From NCBI GenBank assembly GCA_963744145.1, contig CAVUSO010000001.1, positions 608,001 to 672,000 on the forward strand: 64,000 nucleotides of DNA, in the 5' to 3' direction. The first letter of the stretch is position 1. The number at the start of each line of letters is the position of its first letter. Shown here piece by piece: positions 56,039 through 64,000 of this stretch. This DNA is from an uncultured cyanobacterium (GTDB taxonomy: Bacteria > Cyanobacteriota > Cyanobacteriia > Cyanobacteriales > CAWUOF01). The position numbers and the translations under genes were made by a program. Under the pieces are notes generated by a model that searched no databases, was not told the DNA's origin, and saw nothing but the letters and a program-made list of their open reading frames with translations.

Positions 56039-57136
56039 GTGGTGAGAAACCGAGTTTTAATTATTGGGGGTAGGGGTCGGATTGGTCGCAGTGTTGCGGC
56101 TGATTTGGCTAAATATACAGATGCAGAAATTACGATTACTAGTCGCGATCGCCTCACCCAGAAAAATCCCAATTTTCCAGTGCAATTGATCTGTTTAGAT
56201 ATCCAGGATCAAGCTAAATTAGCAGAAGCGATCGCATCTCATCACCTGATTATCAATTGTGCTGGTCCTTTTCATGATCGTCAGCCTCAAGTTTTAGAAA
56301 TCTGTATCCAAACGGGTGTTAACTATTTAGATGTTAGTGATGATCGTGCTTTTACAATTAAAGCTATTTCTCACCAAAAAGCAGCGCAATTAGCCGGGAT
56401 AACTGCGATCATAAATACGGGAATTTTTCCCGGTATATCTAATAGTATGGTGCGTCAGGGAGTGGAAAAATTCGATCAACCGGAACTCATTCATCTCAGC
56501 TATGTAGTCGCAGGATCTGGGGGTGCAGGAGTAACAGTGATGCGAACTACATTTTTAGGTTTACAACGACAATTTTCTGCTTGGATAGATGAAAAATGGC
56601 AAGAGATCAAACCCTATAGCGATCGAGAAATAATTTATTTTCCATCTCCCTATCATCATCTAGGAGTTTACTGGTTTGATCTCCCCGAAGCTTTTACCTT
56701 ACGAGAAACATTTCCTGTGAAAACTGTGATTACTAAATTTGGTTCAGTTCCAGATTTTTATAATCAGATGACTTGGATGGTTGCTCATTTATGTCCTCGG
56801 AGTTGGTTACAAAATCCGCAAGTAATTGAATTTTTAGCTCAGGTTAGTTATGGAATGACTAATATTACCAATTATTTTACTGGAATTGGGGTGGCGATTC
56901 GGGCGGAGGTAACTGGCAAAAAAGATGGTAAAACTGCTACTTTTTGTGGAACTTTAGTACATGAAAATACTGCTATTGCTGCGGGAATTGGTACTGGTAG
57001 TATTGCTGAACTGCTCCTAGCTGGGAAAATAGCTCAACCAGGAGTCTGGTCAGTTGAACAAGCACTCCCTAGTGATTTATTTGAGCAAGCGATGCACAGA
57101 CGTGGTATAAATATTCAACAATCATGGCAATCTTAA
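56039..57136 (+). CDS. Saccharopine dehydrogenase-like oxidoreductase
   Basis: VLIIGGRGRIG, INCAGPF, GIFPGISN. Confidence 0.85.
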   Translation: MVRNRVLIIGGRGRIGRSVAADLAKYTDAEITITSRDRLTQKNPNFPVQLICLDIQDQAKLAEAIASHHLIINCAGPFHDRQPQVLEICIQTGVNYLDVSDDRAFTIKAISHQKAAQLAGITAIINTGIFPGISNSMVRQGVEKFDQPELIHLSYVVAGSGGAGVTVMRTTFLGLQRQFSAWIDEKWQEIKPYSDREIIYFPSPYHHLGVYWFDLPEAFTLRETFPVKTVITKFGSVPDFYNQMTWMVAHLCPRSWLQNPQVIEFLAQVSYGMTNITNYFTGIGVAIRAEVTGKKDGKTATFCGTLVHENTAIAAGIGTGSIAELLLAGKIAQPGVWSVEQALPSDLFEQAMHRRGINIQQSWQS

Positions 57137-57187
57137 TTTTGATTATATTCTTACCATCTAACGCAACATCGAAAATATAATTTTAGA

Positions 57188-57604
57188 ATGGAATTAATCA
57201 ATTATCTGCTCACGCACTATGGTGGTGAATATGATGACAAAATGGAGATTTATGCTAAGTTAGGTGTTTTGTATTATGTCATCTATAATCCTTACTATTG
57301 GCAGCGCGATCGCCATCAACCTTTAGAAATTTATCGGTTAGTAAATCAAGTCTATCAACTGCAAAGTGGGGAACCATTTTGGATGTCAGAAATTGGGTTA
57401 GGAATTGGGAGAGGTAGCTATATAGATGGAGACTCTGAACTAGAGGTACTATATTGGTTTGATCAGCAAGGTAATCGCTATTTGACTACAGCAGAAAGAG
57501 CAATCCAAGCTGAACAAAAAGCTACCGAAGTGGAACAAAGAGCTAGACAAGTGGAAGAATTACTGGTTAAATATCGAGACAGATTTGGAGAATTACCTGA
57601 ATAA
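57188..57604 (+). pseudogene. N-terminally truncated Uma2 (DUF820) family endonuclease
   Basis: YGGEYD.K..YA.LGVLYY.IYNP C-terminal half only; catalytic PD segment absent. Confidence 0.65.
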
Positions 57605-57672
57605 AAACAATCTAATTCAATCAATCAATAACTACTACATCATTCAATCCTGTAGACAAGATGACAAGATGT

Positions 57673-60303
57673 CTAATCTAAATAGGACTTAATTGTTTCA
57701 GCTATAAATGCTACAGTTTGCCCCTTCAATATATCAAAGTGATATTCATCAATATAGTGAATTTTCACTTCTTTCCCTACGATTTCACCCCAACCTAAAT
57801 CAGGATTAAAATAGTGTTTTACATGTTGAGATTCACAACGAAACAGCACTAGAGAACCTGGGTAAACCTTAGCAGTATAATCTCTATGTGCTTGCATATT
57901 GATATCTAAAATTTTTAATAGGAAATCAGGGGTAGAAACTTCATTTTTCGATAACTCTCCCATTAGATGTTTTTTGTAATCATAGTTAGTTAGTCGATAG
58001 ACAGTTCTCTCCCATACATAATTTAACTTTTCTTTGATTCCTTTAATTCGCCAAATATTTCCCAGATGAAGTTTGACAAATCCAGCTAGTGACTTTTCCA
58101 CTTTGACCGAATTAGGAGAATCTTGATCACACACTCCTAAAAAGCTAATTTTTTCTCCTTCAGCATCTAGTTGTTGTGCTATTTCAAATGCGATAATTCC
58201 CCCAAAAGAATAGCCAAACAAAAGATAAGGACCATAAGGTTGAATAGTGCGGATCTCCTTCAGATAACAATTAGCCATATCCGTTACTCGAGTTAAGGGT
58301 TCTTGTTTACCATCTAAACCAACTGATTGGAGACCATAAATCGGTCTATCTTCACTAAGTTGACGAGCTAATTCACCATATTCTAAAACATTGCCACCGA
58401 TCGCATGAATTAAAAATAAAGGTGTTTTTGAACCTTGGGTGTGAATTGGTACTAATGATGACCAAGATGGTGCCCATTCCGCTTGAGCCATTACCTCGGC
58501 AAATTCGGCAATTGTTTGTTTTTGAAATAAGATAGCTAGTGGAAAGTTCTTTCCCCAAACTTTTTCGATTTCATTAAACAACCGAACTGCAACAAAAGAC
58601 TGTCCTCCTAATTCAAAAAAATTATCTGTAACTCCAATTGGTTTAACCCCTAAGACCTTTTCCCAAATTTTTGTTAGTTCAATTTCTAATTCATTTCGAG
58701 GAGCAACAAAACTATCTTCTAAATCTGACCGACTATAATCTGGTGCTGGTAAAGCGTGACGATCAATTTTGCCATTTAAGGTGAGTGGTAGAGACTCTAA
58801 AATTACCAAAGCTGAAGGTATCATGTAGTCGGGTAATTTAGACTGAAGTATGGAACGGAGATCAGCAATCTTAGGTGGGTTAGATCCATGAAGTACCACA
58901 TAAGCAACTATTCCTGGTTCACCACTACTAAGTTTCCGTTGAATTACTACACTTTCACGGACTCCAGGAATCTGACGTAAACAGCTTTCAATTTCCCCTG
59001 GTTCAATCCGCATCCCATTTAATTTAATCTGAAAGTCAGTTCGACCGAGAATTTCTAGGTTACCATCAGGATCAAAACCACCTCGATCGCCTGTTCGATA
59101 AAATCGCTGTTGATCAATAGTAATGTATCTTTCTGCGGTTAATTCCGGTCGATTTAAATATCCTTGGGTAACTCCTGGTCCACTGATATAAACTTCACCA
59201 CTAGTACCAATGGGAACTAGATCCTGTTCTTCGGGATCATAGAGACGAATTGTCACATTAGAAAAAGGTTGTCCAACCAGAGTTTTAGTTACAGGTTGTT
59301 CTCTGGAGACAAAATAGGAGCAACCCATACAACTAACTTCAGTACAGCCATAAATAACATAAATCTCGGCATTAGGGAAGAACTTTTGCATTCCCACCAA
59401 AACATTTACCGGAGCTAGATCACCACCAGTGGAAACATGACGTAGTCCAGCAAATTTAGCAATATCGATCTGATTCTCTTCGATATAATTAAATAGTTTT
59501 TTAAGCAGATTAGGGGAAGCATGGATCACTGTGATCTGCTCTAAGATTTGACACATTCGTCGAAAATCTAGAATTTGTTCCCGGTCTAAAAGGATTAGAG
59601 TACCACCCGCGACTAGAGGGGAGAGAAGTTCAAAGAAAGTAATACTGAAACTGAAACGGGCGATCGCGGGCATGATCATGGTCTGATCAAAACCAAATCT
59701 TTTTTGAGCTACACTAATATAGTATTGTAAATTCCCATAACTGGTCATGACTCCTTTGGGTTTACCAGTAGTTCCTGATGTGTAAACAATGTAAGCAGTC
59801 TGGTTTAAGTTAATTACATGATTGGGATTGTCGGTGGAGCAATGCTCAATCGTAGACCAATCCCGATCGCAACAAAAAATCTTGACCGTTAGGGTGGATA
59901 ATTTTGGTAAGAACTCGGCTTGAGTCAGGATTACCTGCGGTTGGTTGTCTTCTAAAAGCGTAGTGAGTCGATCCTGGGGATAATTGGGATCGAGGGGAAT
60001 ATAAACTCCTCCTGCTTTGAAAATACTCAGTAAAGCTATTCCAACTTCCAAAGATGGTTTGAAAAAAACACTGACCCGAACTTCAGGACCTACTCCCACA
60101 TTGATGAGGAAGTGAGCTAGTTGATTAGCTTGTTGATTTAGTTCCAGATAGGTGAGAGCGCGATCTTCAAACCTTAAAGCAATTGCTGTTGGTTGTTGTT
60201 TAGCATGATTTTCAATTGCTTCATGGAGCATAAAGCGATCGCAGCTATTAACAAAGCTAACCGCTTCCTGAGCATCTGACATAAAATCTTTACCCTGACT
60301 CAA
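57673..60303 (-). CDS. Stand-alone NRPS-like enzyme (adenylation-thiolation-thioesterase)
   Basis: YTSGTTGKPKG, YGCTE, YRTGD, NGKIDR; FFELGGQS carrier Ser; GYSFGG thioesterase. Confidence 0.93.
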   Translation of the reverse strand: MSQGKDFMSDAQEAVSFVNSCDRFMLHEAIENHAKQQPTAIALRFEDRALTYLELNQQANQLAHFLINVGVGPEVRVSVFFKPSLEVGIALLSIFKAGGVYIPLDPNYPQDRLTTLLEDNQPQVILTQAEFLPKLSTLTVKIFCCDRDWSTIEHCSTDNPNHVINLNQTAYIVYTSGTTGKPKGVMTSYGNLQYYISVAQKRFGFDQTMIMPAIARFSFSITFFELLSPLVAGGTLILLDREQILDFRRMCQILEQITVIHASPNLLKKLFNYIEENQIDIAKFAGLRHVSTGGDLAPVNVLVGMQKFFPNAEIYVIYGCTEVSCMGCSYFVSREQPVTKTLVGQPFSNVTIRLYDPEEQDLVPIGTSGEVYISGPGVTQGYLNRPELTAERYITIDQQRFYRTGDRGGFDPDGNLEILGRTDFQIKLNGMRIEPGEIESCLRQIPGVRESVVIQRKLSSGEPGIVAYVVLHGSNPPKIADLRSILQSKLPDYMIPSALVILESLPLTLNGKIDRHALPAPDYSRSDLEDSFVAPRNELEIELTKIWEKVLGVKPIGVTDNFFELGGQSFVAVRLFNEIEKVWGKNFPLAILFQKQTIAEFAEVMAQAEWAPSWSSLVPIHTQGSKTPLFLIHAIGGNVLEYGELARQLSEDRPIYGLQSVGLDGKQEPLTRVTDMANCYLKEIRTIQPYGPYLLFGYSFGGIIAFEIAQQLDAEGEKISFLGVCDQDSPNSVKVEKSLAGFVKLHLGNIWRIKGIKEKLNYVWERTVYRLTNYDYKKHLMGELSKNEVSTPDFLLKILDINMQAHRDYTAKVYPGSLVLFRCESQHVKHYFNPDLGWGEIVGKEVKIHYIDEYHFDILKGQTVAFIAETIKSYLD

Positions 60304-60379
60304 GTTATGAGAAAACCTATTACATTATTATATTTCAATATGGTTCAGGAACTCGGCGCAGAAGAAGGGTTTACCCGCT

Positions 60380-60545
60380 CGCGTAGTCGAAGGGTGAAGC
60401 ATTCGGATCTAATATTACTGCCCTTCGACTACGCCCCCTTCGACTACGCTCAGGGTAAACTTCGACTACGCTCAGGGCAAGGCTCAGGGTAAACTCAGGG
60501 TAAAGTTTAATCGCTCAATTGTCGCCCGAATGCTTCACCCCTACA
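60380..60545. repeat. Nested REP-like repeat cluster
   Basis: Outer inverted pair GGGTGAAGCATTCGG / CCGAATGCTTCACCC enclosing several CTTCGACTACGCTCAGGG units. Confidence 0.75.
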
Positions 60546-60575
60546 CTTAAATTAACCCAATTATATTATATTTTG

Positions 60576-61664
60576 CTAAAGATTGCCGCGCAGAGCTTGT
60601 TCTTTTTCTAGAGCAATGAATAAAGATTTGAAATTTCCAGCTCCAAAACCTTTACACCCATGTCGCTCAATAATTTCAAAAAATAAGGTGGGGCGATCGG
60701 CAACTGGTGTTGTAAAAGTTTGCAATAAATAACCATCTTGGTCACGATCAATCAAAAGTCCTAATTCTGCTAGATCCTCAATCGGTACATCAATTTCTCG
60801 GACCCAGTCTTCGAGATGATCATAGTATTTTTGGGGAATTTTTAAAAATTCAACTCCACGCTCTTTCATTTCCCGAACTGTTTGGAAAATATTATCAGTA
60901 TTCAAACCTAAATGCTGAATTCCCGGTCCATTGTGATAATCTAAATATTCTTGAATTTGAGACTTTCGTCTTCCGGGTGCAGGTTCATTGATGTTAATAA
61001 TTGTACCGGCGCTATTTTTTAGCACTTTTGACATTAGGGCAGAATATTCTGTAGAAATAGCATTGTCATCATAATGTGTTCGCATCTCAAATCCCAAAGC
61101 TTTGACAAAAATGTTAACCCAGCGATCCATCTCTCCTTTTTCCACATTCCCAACTGTATGATCGATGGATTTTAATCCGACCGAATTACTTTGGGTTGAT
61201 TCTTGCTGTACAAACCCCGGTCCAAATTTATTCGCGTAATGACGGCGATCGATAAATTTAACTAAGGTATCACCAAAAATCTTAATTACTGCAAACTCCA
61301 AGATTCCATTCTCATCTTCTTGTTTAGTTGGTGGAATTGCTGCGATCGCACCCTCAGCTATAGCTTGGGTATAGGTAGTCGTTACATCTGTAACTTCTAA
61401 AGCGACGATCGCGATCGTATCTCCATGCTGAAAAACACTTTGAGAAATTGGATGATCTGAATTTAAAGCCGAACTTATAACAAAGCGAATTTCTCCTTGC
61501 TCCAGCAAATAAGAAGACACCTTACGTTCGCCCGTTTTTAGTCCTTTATGTGCGGTATTGGTAAAGCCAAAATATTTAGTATAAAACCCGCAAGTTTGTT
61601 TAGCATTTCCCACATAAAACTCTAAATGGTCTAGTCGTTTAATTAGATTGTTATTGTTCGTCAT
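60576..61664 (-). CDS. hppD: 4-hydroxyphenylpyruvate dioxygenase family enzyme
   Basis: DHLEFYVGNAKQ, DHTVGNV, SQIQEYL...GPGIQH, FFEIIER, GFGAGNFKSLF. Confidence 0.92.
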   Translation of the reverse strand: MTNNNNLIKRLDHLEFYVGNAKQTCGFYTKYFGFTNTAHKGLKTGERKVSSYLLEQGEIRFVISSALNSDHPISQSVFQHGDTIAIVALEVTDVTTTYTQAIAEGAIAAIPPTKQEDENGILEFAVIKIFGDTLVKFIDRRHYANKFGPGFVQQESTQSNSVGLKSIDHTVGNVEKGEMDRWVNIFVKALGFEMRTHYDDNAISTEYSALMSKVLKNSAGTIININEPAPGRRKSQIQEYLDYHNGPGIQHLGLNTDNIFQTVREMKERGVEFLKIPQKYYDHLEDWVREIDVPIEDLAELGLLIDRDQDGYLLQTFTTPVADRPTLFFEIIERHGCKGFGAGNFKSLFIALEKEQALRGNL

Positions 61665-62157
61665 ACTCTCTTATCCTAACCTCGGTATCCTCAAAAAACA
61701 TTCTAGAAATGCTAGAAATGTTAGTAACATCAGTTCGACAGCATCTAAAAAACCAGGAAAATATAAGGTTATTGAATTTAAGCATTTATTAATGGGAAAG
61801 TTTTTACCTAAACTCCCACTAAGCAATCACTTACATTTCCATTCAAATGAAGAGGGTAATTTAGTCAATTGTGGATGAAATACAACTCAAACAAGGAGTA
61901 ACGCCCGATTAATTTTTATGGCATTTTCAACAAATATAAGGTTTTACAGTCTTTTTTTCTTCTTTGCTAGGCTGCTTCTATTCTAATCAGCCATAACTGG
62001 TTTGTCAAGTTAATATCCAAAAATTTTATCCAGGTACTTTTTATACCATTTTAATTACTGAACTAAACTTAAGTTTTATTGGTGTAATTCAATGGTCAGA
62101 ATAATTATTGGTAATACCATTAATAAATTTATGAATTTTTTTATGATTTATTGGTGC

Positions 62158-62186
62158 AAAAAAAACTCCTTAGTAATACCAAGGAG
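62158..62186 (-). terminator. Intrinsic terminator after ndhD
   Basis: Minus strand CTCCTTGGTATTACTAAGGAG followed by T8. Confidence 0.7.
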
Positions 62187-62216
62187 CCATTAAACTATAA
62201 CCAAAAACGATGAGAA

Positions 62217-63803
62217 TTAATGAATCATGGGGGCACGTAAATGCTGTAAAGCCACAGGAGAGAGCTGAGGATTTTTGGCTAAACTAGGCAAGGAATCCCG
62301 CAATCGCTCGGTTAACTGTACAGTGGTCCTATCATAAATCTGAGTCACAATCTTGGGATAGAAACCAATCCCAATTATCGGTACTAACAAGCAAGCAATA
62401 ATAAACACTTCGCGAGGTTCAGCATCAATCAAAGCTTGATGCTCCAGCAATTCCTGATTTTCCGGACCATAGAAAATCTCGCGTAACATGGAAAGTAGAT
62501 AAATGGGAGTTAAAATTACCCCTACTGCGGCGAGGAAAATCACAATGACCTTAAAAGTGGGATTGTAAGCATCACTAGTGGCAAAACCAACAAATACCAT
62601 CAACTCAGCCACAAAACCACTCATACCGGGTAAAGCTAAGGACGCTAACGAACAAGTAGTCCACATCGCAAAAACTTTTTGCATCTTTTTCCCCACACCC
62701 CCCATTTCATCCAACATCAGGGTATGAGTCCGGTCATAAGTACAACCGACCATAAAGAATAGACTGGCTCCAATCAAACCGTGGGAAACCATTTGCAACA
62801 TCGCCCCACTCATGCCCAGATCAGTAAAAGAAGCCATTCCAATTAGCACAAAACCCATGTGGGAAATGGAAGAATAGGCAATTTTCCGCTTCAGATTACG
62901 CTGGGCAAAAGAAGTTAGTGCTGCATAGATAATATTCACAACACCAAGAATTACCAAAATTGGCGCAAACACAGCATGAGCATCAGGTAACATCCCAGCA
63001 TTCATGCGTAACAGTGCGTATCCCCCCATTTTTAGGAGAATACCTGCTAGTAACATATGTGCTGGTGCTGTTGCTTCACCATGAGCATCCGGGAGCCAAG
63101 TATGGAGAGGAAAAATTGGTAACTTTACCCCGTAAGCAATCAAAAAGCCAGCATAGAGTAACAATTGGACATTCAATGCGAAATCCTTATTCGCGATCGC
63201 TCTCATGTCAAAAGTAACTGTATCGCCAGAAAACGCCATTGCCAAAGCAGCTAACAAAATAAACAGCGATCCACCTGCTGTATAGAGAATAAACTTAGTC
63301 GCTGCATATAGACGTTTTTTCCCGCCCCAGATCGCCAGAATTAGGTAAACTGGAACCAATTCCAGTTCCCACACCAGGAAAAAAAACAGCATATCCTGGA
63401 CTGCAAACACGGCGATCTGGCCTCCATACATGGCCAGCATTAAAAAGTAAAACAGTTTCGGCTTGAAAGTAACTGGCCAAGCAGCCAAAGTTGCTAGGGT
63501 AGTAATAAAGCCTGTCAAAATAATCAGGGGCATGGATAAGCCATCTGCCCCTACTGTCCAGTTCAAATCCAACTGGGGCACCCAAGTGTAACTTTCTACC
63601 AGTTGCAAATTGGGATTATGGAAGTCGTATTGGGTATAGAAAGCACCAATAATCAAGGCAAAATCAATTAGCCCCACAATTAGTGCATACCATCGTACTG
63701 TTTTTCCTTCCCGATCGGGGATGAGCGGAATTAAGAGCGCCGCGGCGATCGGAAACAAGATAATGGTAGTTAGCCAGGGAAAATTAGCGATATTCATGGC
63801 CAC
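62217..63803 (-). CDS. ndhD: NAD(P)H-quinone oxidoreductase (NDH-1) subunit 4, NdhD1-like
   Basis: [42 protein letters not shown]. Confidence 0.96.
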   Translation of the reverse strand: MAMNIANFPWLTTIILFPIAAALLIPLIPDREGKTVRWYALIVGLIDFALIIGAFYTQYDFHNPNLQLVESYTWVPQLDLNWTVGADGLSMPLIILTGFITTLATLAAWPVTFKPKLFYFLMLAMYGGQIAVFAVQDMLFFFLVWELELVPVYLILAIWGGKKRLYAATKFILYTAGGSLFILLAALAMAFSGDTVTFDMRAIANKDFALNVQLLLYAGFLIAYGVKLPIFPLHTWLPDAHGEATAPAHMLLAGILLKMGGYALLRMNAGMLPDAHAVFAPILVILGVVNIIYAALTSFAQRNLKRKIAYSSISHMGFVLIGMASFTDLGMSGAMLQMVSHGLIGASLFFMVGCTYDRTHTLMLDEMGGVGKKMQKVFAMWTTCSLASLALPGMSGFVAELMVFVGFATSDAYNPTFKVIVIFLAAVGVILTPIYLLSMLREIFYGPENQELLEHQALIDAEPREVFIIACLLVPIIGIGFYPKIVTQIYDRTTVQLTERLRDSLPSLAKNPQLSPVALQHLRAPMIH

Positions 63804-63942
63804 TTTAATTTTCTTTAAGCAATCACGTTGCAGTTTAACGCTAATTAATCAGACCAAAGTTGATTTTCGATGAAAAATTTAAGATTTTGTGACGCTGACC
63901 AAGAAATTGGTTTCTCTGAAAATCCTCATTTGTCTATACAAA

Positions 63943-63992
63943 AACCCGGTTTCTCCTCTGTTCGCGATCGTCACGCTCTCAGAAACCGGGTT
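63943..63992. repeat. AACCCGGTTTCT/AGAAACCGGGTT inverted repeat (REP-like)
   Basis: 12-bp perfect inverted arms. Confidence 0.6.
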
Positions 63993-64000
63993 ACTTCACC

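Noticed and set aside
56039-57136. Saccharopine dehydrogenase-like gene as part of the NRPS cluster
   Set aside because: Convergent orientation and separated by a Uma2 remnant; no evidence of linkage
57673-60303. MysE-type mycosporine (shinorine) NRPS
   Set aside because: Same A-T-TE layout, but no mysABC genes in the window and the A domain lacks the amino-binding Asp
60307-60492. 61-aa ORF (and the 9971-10168 and 11750-11938 ORFs)
   Set aside because: Translations of REP-like repeats with no independent coding evidence

Overview
AT-rich cyanobacterial chromosomal window (frequent HIP1 GCGATCGC octamers, cyanobacterial-type atp1 operon with b and b', psaM, ndhD). Housekeeping blocks (atp operon, pheS, fabG, trx, serA, prmA, cofH, ndhD) alternate with accessory blocks. 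The most notable accessory blocks are: (i) an ~11-kb module encoding a triple-TIR/transmembrane/14xWD40 receptor-like protein, a TPR-CHAT protease, DUF928 and a filamentous-haemagglutinin exoprotein, bracketed by a degenerate duplicate of the 3' end of the neighbouring beta-helix gene; (ii) an ECF sigma/anti-sigma/Spy/small secreted protein/DUF1800/DUF1501 cluster with two matching GAACTT-N16-GTCTAA promoters; (iii) an HTH-NACHT gene divergent from a lone IS630-type HTH gene; (iv) a stand-alone A-T-TE NRPS-like gene whose A domain lacks the amino-binding Asp, next to an HPPD-family dioxygenase. Several REP/MITE-like repeat families are present, including two inverted ~115-bp copies flanking a glycosyltransferase. 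Five single-base frameshifts split otherwise intact genes and may be consensus errors. No rRNA, tRNA or CRISPR array was seen. All family calls rest on motif recognition by eye, not database searches.
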